Shown piece by piece: positions 28,651 to 38,283 of a DNA stretch of 64,000 nucleotides. Within the stretch, counting starts at the first letter, position 1. Each line of letters starts with the position of its first letter. This DNA comes from Trueperaceae bacterium (GTDB lineage Bacteria; Deinococcota; Deinococci; Deinococcales; Trueperaceae), in NCBI GenBank assembly GCA_965213705.1, contig OZ243913.1:3008001-3072000 (forward strand), written 5' to 3'. The notes beneath the pieces are model-generated. The model saw only the letters and a program-made list of their open reading frames with translations. It had not been told where the DNA came from and did no database searches. The translations under genes were made by a program, and so were the position numbers.

Positions 28651-29204
28651 CTTTCCACCTCCGAAACGCGCACCGGGTCCAGGCTTTCCAACAGCGCGCG
28701 CGTCTCGCCCAGGTCGAACTTGGGGTCCCCGGCCTCGACGCACAAAAAAAACTTGTCGCGCGTGGCTCCTTCAAAACCCGGCGTGTTGAATATAGAGTGG
28801 TAAGGCCGCGGGAGACCGTTGCGGCCCAGCATAAAAAGCCCGGCCGTGAACGCCGAAAACAGCACGGTCATCTCGAAAGTGATGACGATGAAGTTGGGCC
28901 AACTGTTGAGCGGCTTGCCGCCGATAATCAAAGGGTAATACGACGCGTTGGCGTAAAGCTGCATAAAAAAGCCGATAAGGCCGCCGGTCAGACCCATGCA
29001 GAGCACCACCCAGCCGAGCCGTGTCGGCTGCATCCCCAGGGCGTCGTCTAGGTCTTCGACCGCAAAGGGCGTGAAAGCGTCCATACGCGTGTACCCGGCC
29101 GCACTCGCGCGTTTGGCGGCTGCCAAAATGCTGTCGGAGTCGTCGAATTCAGCGACGAGCCCGTAAAGCTCGGTGTGGTCGGCTTGTAACACGGCGTCAC
29201 TCAT
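28647..29204 (-). CDS. actD: alternative complex III subunit ActD (DUF3341)
   Basis: YGLVAEF, DAFTPF, IGGKP, ITFEMTVLF, DKFFLCVE. Confidence 0.9.
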   Translation of the reverse strand: MSDAVLQADHTELYGLVAEFDDSDSILAAAKRASAAGYTRMDAFTPFAVEDLDDALGMQPTRLGWVVLCMGLTGGLIGFFMQLYANASYYPLIIGGKPLNSWPNFIVITFEMTVLFSAFTAGLFMLGRNGLPRPYHSIFNTPGFEGATRDKFFLCVEAGDPKFDLGETRALLESLDPVRVSEVER

Positions 29205-30643
29205 ACCTGAACCCCCTTCTCACGGAACGCTTCGTTCCTCGCTTCTTCGAAGTAATCGCTGCCGTGGTGCGCGTCGTGGTGCGCGAGTTCTTTGACCTCG
29301 GTCGAAGCGATGGACGGTAGCAAGCGGATAAACAAAAACCACAGCGTAAAAAACAAACCGAACGAGCCCAAGTAAAGCGCGTAGTCCCAAAACGTCGCCG
29401 CGTAGTCGTGCCAAGCCGAGGGCATAAAGTCTTTGGTGAGCGAAATGACGACGATGACGAAGCGCTCCAACCACATCCCTACCGACACGATGATCGAAAT
29501 AACAAAAAGCAGCAGCGGGTTTTGGCGCACTTTTTTAAACCACAAGGGTTGAATGGCAATGCCGTTGCAGGCGATGAGGAGCCAGAACGCCCAGGCGTGG
29601 TCCTCGCCGAACACGCGGTTGTAGGCCATGTAGCGCTCGAATTCGACCCCGGAATACCAGGCCATAAAGAGTTCGTTTAAGTAACCGTAAACAACAATCA
29701 TGCCGGTCGCCAACATCAGCTTCGACGAGTTGTCCAAGTGACGCTTGGTGATAAGGGCTTCCAACCCGAAAGCGCGCCGCAGCGGAATGGCGAGAATCAG
29801 CACCATCGCAAACCCCGCGAACACGGCTCCGGCGACGAAGTAGGGCGGCACGATGGTGTTGTTCCACCCCGGCACCTGCGCCACCGCGAAGTCCATACCG
29901 ATGGTCGAGTGAACTGACAAAACGAGCGGGAACGACAGCGCGGCCAAGATGAGGTAGGCTCGCTGGTAGCGTTGCCAGGCCTTGGCGGAGCCGTTCCAGC
30001 CGAGGCTCAACAGCGCGTAGAACCAGCGCATAAAGGTGTTGCGCGCGCGGTCGCGGAGCGTGGCGAAGTCCGGAATGAGGCCGATAAACCAGAACAAAAT
30101 CGACACGGTCGCGTAGGTGGAAATGGCGAACAAATCCCAGTCGAGCGGGCTGCGGAACTGCGGCCACAGCCCAAAGGTGTTGGGGTAAGGCAGCAGCCAG
30201 TAAAATACCCACTGCCGTCCCAGGTGCAAAATGGGATACAGACCCGCGCACACGACCGCAAATATCGTCATGGCCTCGGCCGCCCGGTTGATTGAAGTGC
30301 GCCAGGGTTGCCTAAAGAGCAGCAGCGCCGCCGAAATGAGGGTGCCTGCGTGCCCAATCCCAATCCACCACACGAAGTTGATAATCGGGAAAGCCCAGGC
30401 GACGGGTTGGTTGTTGCCGAAAATGCCCACGCCCGTGGTGATGAGCATGACGACGCTCACTAAGTAAAGGGTCAGGAGCGCGCCCGACATGCTGAAACCC
30501 AGCCACCACCACAGGGGCGTGCGTAGCGGGTGTTCTTCGACGGGGACGTTGATGGCGTCGTCGATGTTGCCGTAGGTCTGGCCGCGCGCGATGACGCGGT
30601 TTGTTTCGGGGCGTCCGCCCCCGGGTCGCCGAATGACCGCCAT
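29201..30643 (-). CDS. actC: alternative complex III quinol-binding subunit ActC (NrfD family)
   Basis: FVWWIGIGHAGTLISA, WRTSINRAAEAMT, HLGR, LVLSVHS, GMWLERF. Confidence 0.93.
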   Translation of the reverse strand: MAVIRRPGGGRPETNRVIARGQTYGNIDDAINVPVEEHPLRTPLWWWLGFSMSGALLTLYLVSVVMLITTGVGIFGNNQPVAWAFPIINFVWWIGIGHAGTLISAALLLFRQPWRTSINRAAEAMTIFAVVCAGLYPILHLGRQWVFYWLLPYPNTFGLWPQFRSPLDWDLFAISTYATVSILFWFIGLIPDFATLRDRARNTFMRWFYALLSLGWNGSAKAWQRYQRAYLILAALSFPLVLSVHSTIGMDFAVAQVPGWNNTIVPPYFVAGAVFAGFAMVLILAIPLRRAFGLEALITKRHLDNSSKLMLATGMIVVYGYLNELFMAWYSGVEFERYMAYNRVFGEDHAWAFWLLIACNGIAIQPLWFKKVRQNPLLLFVISIIVSVGMWLERFVIVVISLTKDFMPSAWHDYAATFWDYALYLGSFGLFFTLWFLFIRLLPSIASTEVKELAHHDAHHGSDYFEEARNEAFREKGVQV

Positions 30644-33600
30644 CAGATTGCCCCCTCTTCTGTCAAGGCCGGGTTGGGATTGGTGAGTTTAGCCAAGTAG
30701 GTCGTGCGCGGCACGGTGTTGAGTTCGGAGAGCAGCGAGAAGTTGAGGGGCGACGCCTTGAAACGTGTCACGAGACTGTTCTTGTCGCCGATGTCGCCGA
30801 AAACGATGGCTTCCGACGGGCAAGCCGACTGACACGCCGTGAAAACCTCACCGTCGCGAATACGGCGGTTCTCGTTTTCAGAGACGATGTAAGCCTGTTG
30901 AATACGCTGGGTGCAGTAGGTGCATTTTTCCATGACGCCCCGTGAGCGTACCGTCACGTCCGGGTTCATGACGAGCGACAGTTCGGTCGCGCGGCTTTCC
31001 AACTCGGCGTATTGGAGGTAGTTGAAACGGCGCACCTTGTAAGGGCAGTTGTTCGAGCAGTAGCGCGTGCCGCCGCAACGGTTGTAAACCATCACGTTCA
31101 AACCCTCGTTGTCGTGGACGGTCGCGCCGAAGGGGCACACGGGTTCGCAGGGCGCTTTTTCACAGTGCATACAAGCGACCGGTTGGATGTAATAGTCCGG
31201 ATTGTCCAGGTCACCGCCGTAATAAGTGTCGACGCGAATCCAGTGCATCGCCCGCCCGACCTCGACCTGGTCTTTGCCGACGATGGGGATGTTGTTTTCG
31301 GCTTGGCAAGCGGTCACGCAGGCGTTGCAGCCCGTACAGACGTTCATGTCAATGACCATGCCCCAGGCGTAGGTGTCGTACTCGAAGTCGGGATAGAGGT
31401 CGCTCTCGGCGTGCTCGACCGGGTGGACGAACTCGGGGTGTTCGGGGTGGTGACGGAACTCTTCTAGTGTCCCGTGCCGAACCAGGTGGCGGCGTTCGGT
31501 GGTACCGTCGTAGAGAAAATACTGCTGTGTGGTCACCAGCTTGTGGCGACCCGGCACCTTAGTCACCGCGACGTTGCCGACCCAAGGCGTGTCCGAGGTG
31601 CGCAACCGGTAAGCGTCGAAACCGACGCCGGTACCGACCTGCCCGGCAAGCTCGCGGCCAAAGCCCAAGTGAACCGTCACCGTGTTCGCAGCTTGACCGG
31701 GCAACACCCAGACCGGCGCCGTCACTTCACGCTCGCCGACGCGCAAGCTCACCAAGTTGTTGTTGGTCACGTCGAGCGCTTCGGCGGTCGCCGGCGACAA
31801 AAAGGCCGCGTTGTCCCAGGTGATTTTGGTCAGCGGCTTGGGCAGTTCTTGGAGCCAGCCGTTGTTGGCGTAGCGGCCGTCCAAGATGCTGGGGTCCAGC
31901 TGAAAGACAAGCTCGAGGCCCTCGGGGTCAGCCGTCTCCGTCGCTGCCGCCGGCAACAAGGCCAGCGTCACGTCGGCCGGGGCGGCTTCGCTGCCCGCGA
32001 CGACGCCCGAATACACGGTTTGCCGCCAAAAACTGTCGAAGTCGCCCTCGACCCGGCTTTGCCAGTAGCTCCGAACGACATCGTAACCGCTGGCGTTCAC
32101 GTCGCCGAGGAGGGCAGCGAGCAGTTCGTGCTCGGACTTGCCACCGTAAAAGGGCGAGATGAGGGGCTGCATGATGGTCGCCGTGCCGTCGAAAGCGCGC
32201 GCGTCGCTCCAGGTTTCCAGGTAGTGCGTTTTCGGTACGTGCTGACTCGCCACGGCAGACGTTTCGTCGAAGTGTTCGCTCAAGTGCAAACTGACCGGCA
32301 CCTGAGCAAGCGCCTCGGCGAAGTTCAGGTCGGCGGGCGCGGTGTAGACCGGGTTGCCGCCCACGATGACGAGCGTCTCCACGCCGCCCGCACCGATGTC
32401 GGCGACGAGTTCGCTCAGCGACCGAAAGTGGTTAGTCGGGTTGGCCTCGACCGGCTCGGTGTAGAACACCGTCTGCCCGACGTTGCCGAGCGCCGCGTTC
32501 AGCGCGTGGGCGAGCGCGTGGACCGCACCGCTCTGGTCGTCGCCCGCAATCACGAGGCTGCGGCCACGGCTGGCCTGCAAATCGCCGAGCAGGGCCGTCA
32601 GGAACGCCTCGTCGAATTCGGCTGCACCTTCGGCACCCGCGTCGGCACTCGCATCGACACCCGCGACGCCCAACGCGGCGGCGACCGCTCGAGCGAACCC
32701 CTCCAGCTGTGTGGGCGACAGCGCCAAGCGGTGGTCGGCGACCGTGCTGGTCGCGCTCGGCGTGCTTTCGACGATGTAGAGACGGTTCATGCTGTCTTCG
32801 GCGACCAGCGCGCGGCGACGCCGCGAAAAGTCCCGCTGGTAACGCAGCTTGCCCGCCCCGCGCCCGGTAAAGTCCGCGCCGAGCGACAAAACGGTGTCGG
32901 CTTTTGTAAAGTCGTAGACAGTTTGGACCGGCTGCGAAAACGCGAGTTGCGCGCCTTCGAACGCGCCGTCACTGTGCACGGGGTCGTACTGGTGCCAGCG
33001 CGCGCCCGGGTAGCGCTCGAGCAGCGCGTTCAACTGTTGCGCCAGGGTCGGCGAGGTCACCGTCTCGGTAAGCACGCGGAAGCCGCTGCCGTCCCCTTGC
33101 AAGCGGGCGCTCAAGGCGGTCGCCAAGTCTTCCCAGTTGATGTTCAGGCCGTTGTCGAGCAAGGTCTGCGAGCGGTCCGGGTCATAGAGCGACAACACGG
33201 TCGCTTGGGTCGTCGCGTCGGTCGAACCCAAACTCGCCGGGTGGTCCGGGTTGCCCTCGACCTTGGTGGGGCGGCCCATGTGGCTCTCAGCCAACAGGCC
33301 CAGCGCGTAACCGCCCTGTGTCACGGCGGTCGCGTAGAAGAGAGGTTTGCCGGGGATAATTTCTTCGGGAGCCTGGACGTACGGCACGATTTTTTCGTGC
33401 GGCTTGACCGGCCGCACGCACGAACTCAGGCCCGCCATCGCCATCGACGCACCCAGCAGTTTTAGAAAGTTACGGCGGTCGAGCGAACTCTCCAGCGGCG
33501 CCGCCTCACGCGGGAACTCTTTGTCCATAAACGCGCGGAACTCTGCGGTGTCGGCTAGGTCGTCTAAGTTTTGCCAGTAGGCTTTGCCCTGGGCACCGGC

Positions 33601-33711
33601 AAGCCGCTTGCGGATATTTTTGATGCTCAGGTCGTCAGTTTTACCGGGCGCTGTGTCGTTCACGTTGCTGGTCACCTTTACAGTTGTCACTGTTCGCGTC
33701 ACCTCGCTCAT
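30643..33711 (-). CDS. actB: alternative complex III subunit ActB (molybdopterin-oxidoreductase-like domain fused to Fe-S domain)
   Basis: Tat motif DRRNFLK plus LSSC; GRPTKVEGNP.HP; CTGCNAC, CMHCEKAPC, YNRCGGTRYC, CTYC; ATG overlaps the actA stop. Confidence 0.93.
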   Translation of the reverse strand: MSEVTRTVTTVKVTSNVNDTAPGKTDDLSIKNIRKRLAGAQGKAYWQNLDDLADTAEFRAFMDKEFPREAAPLESSLDRRNFLKLLGASMAMAGLSSCVRPVKPHEKIVPYVQAPEEIIPGKPLFYATAVTQGGYALGLLAESHMGRPTKVEGNPDHPASLGSTDATTQATVLSLYDPDRSQTLLDNGLNINWEDLATALSARLQGDGSGFRVLTETVTSPTLAQQLNALLERYPGARWHQYDPVHSDGAFEGAQLAFSQPVQTVYDFTKADTVLSLGADFTGRGAGKLRYQRDFSRRRRALVAEDSMNRLYIVESTPSATSTVADHRLALSPTQLEGFARAVAAALGVAGVDASADAGAEGAAEFDEAFLTALLGDLQASRGRSLVIAGDDQSGAVHALAHALNAALGNVGQTVFYTEPVEANPTNHFRSLSELVADIGAGGVETLVIVGGNPVYTAPADLNFAEALAQVPVSLHLSEHFDETSAVASQHVPKTHYLETWSDARAFDGTATIMQPLISPFYGGKSEHELLAALLGDVNASGYDVVRSYWQSRVEGDFDSFWRQTVYSGVVAGSEAAPADVTLALLPAAATETADPEGLELVFQLDPSILDGRYANNGWLQELPKPLTKITWDNAAFLSPATAEALDVTNNNLVSLRVGEREVTAPVWVLPGQAANTVTVHLGFGRELAGQVGTGVGFDAYRLRTSDTPWVGNVAVTKVPGRHKLVTTQQYFLYDGTTERRHLVRHGTLEEFRHHPEHPEFVHPVEHAESDLYPDFEYDTYAWGMVIDMNVCTGCNACVTACQAENNIPIVGKDQVEVGRAMHWIRVDTYYGGDLDNPDYYIQPVACMHCEKAPCEPVCPFGATVHDNEGLNVMVYNRCGGTRYCSNNCPYKVRRFNYLQYAELESRATELSLVMNPDVTVRSRGVMEKCTYCTQRIQQAYIVSENENRRIRDGEVFTACQSACPSEAIVFGDIGDKNSLVTRFKASPLNFSLLSELNTVPRTTYLAKLTNPNPALTEEGAI

Positions 33712-34421
33712 CGGTGGCACGTCGAGCACTGGGGTAGTTTTTCGGTGTTGATGTGGTAGGCCTCGACGAGCAAGGGTCCCAGTTCGTCTTGGTTTTCCGG
33801 GTACTCGTAGTCCATGTTGAAGACCTCCTCACGCGGGCGAACGTAATTCTCCGGGTTGCGGTGGCACTCCAAGCACCATCCCATCGTCAGGGGTTGGTTT
33901 TTCCAAATCCCGACCATTTGGTTGATGCGGCCGTGACAGTAGCTGCAGCCGATGCCTTTGTTGATGTGCGCGCTGTGGTTGTAATAGACGAAATCAGCCA
34001 GGTCGTGGACCCGGTTCCAAGCAATCGGCGCGCCCGCACCGGGTTGGTTGGGCAGGCGCAGCGTGTCACCCGCCCCGTCGCCGTCGGTATCGACCCGGCC
34101 CCAACTGGCGTAGACCGCTTCCAGCTGCGGCGAGCCGACGCGAATCTGCGAGTGACAGGTCATACACACTTCGGTCGGCGGCACGTTGGCGCTCGCCGCG
34201 ACCTCGACCGAGGTATGACAGTAGCGACAGTCGACACCCATCTGCCCGTTGTGCAGTTGGTGCGAAAAAGCCACCGGCTGCACGACTGGCACCTTGACGC
34301 GGTTGTTCGAGGTGCGTGCGTATACGGTCAGCGAGGTTACGAGCAGGGCTGTAAAAATAAGGCCTCCCCAAATAAGCCATTTGGCGAAAGCGTTGGAGTT
34401 GGGCGGAAAATATTGCGGCAT
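33708..34421 (-). CDS. actA: alternative complex III pentaheme cytochrome c ActA
   Basis: Five CxxCH motifs (CRYCH, CMTCH, CSYCH, CLECH, CSTCH); N-terminal TM; MPQYFP start. Confidence 0.92.
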   Translation of the reverse strand: MPQYFPPNSNAFAKWLIWGGLIFTALLVTSLTVYARTSNNRVKVPVVQPVAFSHQLHNGQMGVDCRYCHTSVEVAASANVPPTEVCMTCHSQIRVGSPQLEAVYASWGRVDTDGDGAGDTLRLPNQPGAGAPIAWNRVHDLADFVYYNHSAHINKGIGCSYCHGRINQMVGIWKNQPLTMGWCLECHRNPENYVRPREEVFNMDYEYPENQDELGPLLVEAYHINTEKLPQCSTCHR

Positions 34422-35061
34422 CAGCGACCCCCGCGAAAGTGCGCACGGCCACGCGCTATCCCGCGCGGTCTCGAGCACCGTAGAACTAAACCTAAAACGC
34501 TTATGTTAACCCACCTCCCAGACGTGGTGCCAGCGGTCTTGACCACGTCGTGTCGCCTTGTCACCTCGGCCCCATTTGTCGCCTCGGCCCCGTCGCTCCG
34601 GCACCGTGTTGACAGGGACCGTCGGTTTGCGAGGACTGTCGGCTTGTAAGTGCTGCCCGGCACGGGTTCCGCTTCGACCTCCGGCTCCACCGTCCACACC
34701 TTTGAACGCTATCAATGTAACACAAGTCCGGGAGCGCAACGCTGGGACAATTGTCCTCACCCGGAGTGCGCGGAGACCCGCCCAGGACGCTTCTCCGTCG
34801 TCCTCGACCGGGCTGAGGCAAAGCCTAACCCGGACCCGCCGGAAGGGGTCATGAGACGTGTCACATTTGTCACGAACCCCCACCCGCTTGCCGTTCTACG
34901 ATTTACTTCGGTGAGCTGACCTCGGCACAGACTCAAGCCCTCGGTCAAACCCCCGGTTTCGCGCCCGCAGACCCGACGCAAAAAGCCTCACCCCCGCGAA
35001 GCCGACCGCCACAAACCGGTTACCGCCAAGCCTGACTATTGCAAACCCGAACGCCCGGGTC

Positions 35062-35131
35062 CGACTGTACAAGCTCGACTGTACAAATTCGACCCTGCAA
35101 ATTCGACTGTACAAATTCAACTGTGCAGGGT
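35062..35131. repeat. 14-bp tandem repeat x5 (consensus CGACTGTACAAATT)
   Basis: CGACTGTACAAGCT CGACTGTACAAATT CGACCCTGCAAATT CGACTGTACAAATT CAACTGTGCAGGGT. Confidence 0.85.
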
Positions 35132-35246
35132 AAAAGCGCGTGGACGGCTCGGCGGCGAGAGGTTCGGCGGCGCGGGACCACGAAAAACTGCTACGCAGAC
35201 TGTCGAGTGAGAATTTTGTAAGAGTGCGCAACCTACACTCGGGGCT

Positions 35247-36980
35247 ATGGAGGCGCAGGCTTTGCAAAGCGCGACGAACACCGTCTTGGAGGCCATGTCC
35301 GACGCGTATTTGAGTATGCGCGCAGGCGGCCAGACTACCTATCTTAACGCCCGTGGCGAACAACTGCTGGGTTTGAGCCGTGAGGAACTGCTGGGAGCCA
35401 GCCTGTGGGACGCCCTGCCAGGTTTTAGAAACGGGCCCCTCCACAAAGCGGTCGTCCACGCCGAGCGCACGCGTCAGGAAGCCGAAGTCGAACAGTTCCA
35501 CAAAGCGTCGGGGCGCTGGTTGGGTTTGCGCCTCGTTCCCGGTGAAGACGCAGTCCACCTTTATTTCGGCGACGTGACCGACAAGAAGCGGGCTCGAGAG
35601 GCGCGCGAACAAGTACACCTCAACCTTCAAGACCAGGTGCGCACCCACACCGACAAGTTGGAACGCTTAAACGAAAAACTCCTCTACGACTCTTTGCACG
35701 ACGCGCTGACCGGCCTGCCCAACCGCACGCACCTCATCGACAGTTTGCGCCGCGCCCTTGCGTCTTACCAAACCCACGCGGTGCTGTTTTTTGACTTCGA
35801 CGGTTTCAAACTTATCAACGACAGTTTGGGCCACACGGTCGGCGACGAACTGCTTATCGCCGTGGCGCGGCGCTTGAAAAACGAACTTCGCCTCACCGAA
35901 CTCGTCGCCCGACTGGGTGGCGACGAGTTCACCGTGCTTTTGCCCGCTGCGGAGTCGTTGAACCAGGTGCTAGGTATTGTAGGGCGTTTGCAGACGAGTC
36001 TGACTCAACCCTTTCGCGTACAAGACTACTCGTTGCACGTCTCGGCCAGCATCGGGGTCGTCCACGATATTCAGGGCTACACCACGGCCGAAGAGGTCTT
36101 GCGCGACGCCGACATCGCCATGTACCGCGCCAAACGCGAGGGCAAAGGGCAGCACGCGGTATTCGACAGCGCCCTGCACGCCGAAGTCGTCAACCGCATG
36201 ACCTTGGAGTCCGACCTGCGTTTTGCGGTCGAGCGCGGGGAACTCACGGTGCACTACCAACCCATCGTGGCCCTGAACACACTGTTGCCCATAGGCCTCG
36301 AGACCCTGGTGCGCTGGAACCACCCGACGCGCGGCTTTTTGCCACCGAACGAGTTTGTGCCCATCGCCGAAGACACCGGGATGATTACCGCCCTCGACAT
36401 GTGGGTCGTGCAAGAGGCGTGCGGACAGTTGGGGCGCTGGGGCGTGGCGCTGCCGGGCGCGAACGCGCTCGAGCTGAGCGTCAACTTTTCCGGGCGTCAC
36501 TTCGCCGCCGTCGACTTACACGGGCAACTGCGCGGCATCTTCGGCACCACGGGCTTTGCACCCGAACGGCTCAACATCGAAATTACCGAGACCGTTCTTA
36601 TGAACGACACCACGCACACCCAGCTGACCCTGTCCAAACTGTGCGAGGCGGGTATGAACCTGCACATCGACGACTTCGGTACCGGCTACTCGTCGCTCTC
36701 GTACCTGCAGCGTTTCAAGGCCGACGGCCTTAAGATAGACCGCTCGTTCGTGACGCGCCTGAACGACCCCAAAGGCGCCGAACTGGTCCGTTCGCTCATC
36801 GCGATGGCGCACAGCCTCGACATGAAAGTAACCGCCGAGGGCGTCGAGACCGCGCAACAACTGACCTGTCTACGGGACTTCGGCTGCGACTACGCGCAGG
36901 GCTACTACCTGTCCAAACCCTTACCCGCCCCGGAAGCCTACGCCTACCTGAGCCAAAACCGGAAAGCGGTCGTGGCTTAG
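35247..36980 (+). CDS. PAS-GGDEF-EAL c-di-GMP signalling protein
   Basis: PAS N-terminus; DALTGLPNR, RLGGDEF; ETL(EAL) motif, EITE, DDFGTGYSS, KIDRSF, AEGVE, QGY. Confidence 0.93.
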   Translation: MEAQALQSATNTVLEAMSDAYLSMRAGGQTTYLNARGEQLLGLSREELLGASLWDALPGFRNGPLHKAVVHAERTRQEAEVEQFHKASGRWLGLRLVPGEDAVHLYFGDVTDKKRAREAREQVHLNLQDQVRTHTDKLERLNEKLLYDSLHDALTGLPNRTHLIDSLRRALASYQTHAVLFFDFDGFKLINDSLGHTVGDELLIAVARRLKNELRLTELVARLGGDEFTVLLPAAESLNQVLGIVGRLQTSLTQPFRVQDYSLHVSASIGVVHDIQGYTTAEEVLRDADIAMYRAKREGKGQHAVFDSALHAEVVNRMTLESDLRFAVERGELTVHYQPIVALNTLLPIGLETLVRWNHPTRGFLPPNEFVPIAEDTGMITALDMWVVQEACGQLGRWGVALPGANALELSVNFSGRHFAAVDLHGQLRGIFGTTGFAPERLNIEITETVLMNDTTHTQLTLSKLCEAGMNLHIDDFGTGYSSLSYLQRFKADGLKIDRSFVTRLNDPKGAELVRSLIAMAHSLDMKVTAEGVETAQQLTCLRDFGCDYAQGYYLSKPLPAPEAYAYLSQNRKAVVA

Positions 36981-37083
36981 GAAAACCCTTGCGAAAGTCG
37001 AAAACAGTCGTTTCAGTAACCCGTGACGGCTCAACGAAGGACTGAGACGCCTAGACTTTGACGAGTTTGTTGACCTCAGGGCC

Positions 37084-37611
37084 TCAGCCCCTACCCTCTT
37101 TGCCGTCGGTTGGGTTGGGTACCGTCGGGGCAACTGAGGAGTCGGTTTTCAAACCGCCCAGCAGGTCGGACTTGAACCAGGGTTTGTCGGTCGCCGGCGA
37201 GCCGTCCTCGAGCTTGTCGATAACCTCGGCGTCCCGGACGTTCTTTTGTACGGTGGTCGCCGCGAACAAGCTGAGCACGAACGCCATCCCGTAAAAACCT
37301 TTTTCGCTCAGGGTAAAGGTCGCGTTCCACAGCCCGACAGCCATCAACCCCAGGGCGGACAGCACGGCGGTCCAGGCGATGCCGTAGTACAGGTTCGTTA
37401 CGGGAATGTCTTGCTGGCGGTCGCGCACCGCTTTTTGCAACGACACGACCGAAAACAACCCGTACAGCATAAGGACGAAGTAGTAACCCTTCTCGCCCAA
37501 ACCGATAGTTGCGTTGAACAGGCCGATAAAGTAAGCAATCGCCCCGAGAAACAGGGCGGCCCAGGAGGCACCCACAAAAGCGTTCGTCGGTCTAGGCAGT
37601 TTTGGGGCCAC
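37084..37611 (-). CDS. yiaA: inner-membrane protein YiaA-like
   Basis: Two repeats of GL.NA....EKG.Y...QK.VRD; GTG start after GAGGTG. Confidence 0.85.
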   Translation of the reverse strand: MAPKLPRPTNAFVGASWAALFLGAIAYFIGLFNATIGLGEKGYYFVLMLYGLFSVVSLQKAVRDRQQDIPVTNLYYGIAWTAVLSALGLMAVGLWNATFTLSEKGFYGMAFVLSLFAATTVQKNVRDAEVIDKLEDGSPATDKPWFKSDLLGGLKTDSSVAPTVPNPTDGKEGRG

Positions 37612-37896
37612 ATCACACCTCTGAAAGTAAAAAATAACAGCAAAGACAGAGTAGTCGACTCGGCGCAGAGACGGCGGTGCTTTTCCGCACATCGTGAGTG
37701 TAAGGGGTTTTAGCAAGAGCATGAACACTGTCGTCACACGTGTTCGTTGGAGATAGGGAGACGCTCGAGCCGCCACGCACTTTTGACCGGACGTCCTAAA
37801 CTCAGGTCGGCTGGAAGACTTGGCCACCCCGTCTCCGAGTTAACCCGTTGACAACTACGAGTTAACTCGTATAGACTCGGGCCAAAGGAGACGAAC

Positions 37897-38283
37897 ATGG
37901 CGAGACCCCCGCACCCCGGCCCGACCGAACGCGAGTTGTTGTTGCTGCAACTTTTGTGGAAACACGGCCCCTCCCCCATCCGCGAGTTGCTGGACGCCTT
38001 TCCCGACACACCCAAACCGGCCTACACCTCGTTGCAGACCAACCTGCAGGGGATGCTCGAGAAAGGCTACGTCGCGCGCGACGAAAAAAACCGCACCCAC
38101 GTTTACCACGCCCGCCTGACCCAGGAAGAGGTCGAACGCGACGCCGTCCAAGACCTCGTCAGCCGCGTGTTCGGCGGCTCGGCCCTCCGGCTCGTCGCCA
38201 CGGCCCTCGCGCCCGAAACGACGAGCGAAGAAGAAATCATGCGCCTGCAAGCCCTGATAGACGAGAGAAACGCCAATGGCTGA
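37897..38283 (+). CDS. BlaI/MecI/CopY-family repressor
   Basis: TERELLLLQLLW, AYTSLQT.L..M.EKG, VFGGS; AAGGAG RBS. Confidence 0.9.
   Translation: MARPPHPGPTERELLLLQLLWKHGPSPIRELLDAFPDTPKPAYTSLQTNLQGMLEKGYVARDEKNRTHVYHARLTQEEVERDAVQDLVSRVFGGSALRLVATALAPETTSEEEIMRLQALIDERNANG

Noticed and set aside
31474..33465. 663-aa plus-strand ORF
   Set aside because: Antisense shadow of actB, typical of high-GC coding DNA; no recognisable motifs.
34855..34876. Rex or CRP/FNR site upstream of the act operon
   Set aside because: The GTG-to-CAC spacing is 13 nt rather than the 11 nt of those consensus sites.
35062..35131. Possible CRISPR array
   Set aside because: Units are 14 bp, head-to-tail, with no unique spacers, and there are no cas genes in the window.
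35247..36980. Degenerate EAL domain (ETL instead of EAL)
   Set aside because: The ExL glutamate and the other catalytic motifs are intact, so this is an ordinary variant.
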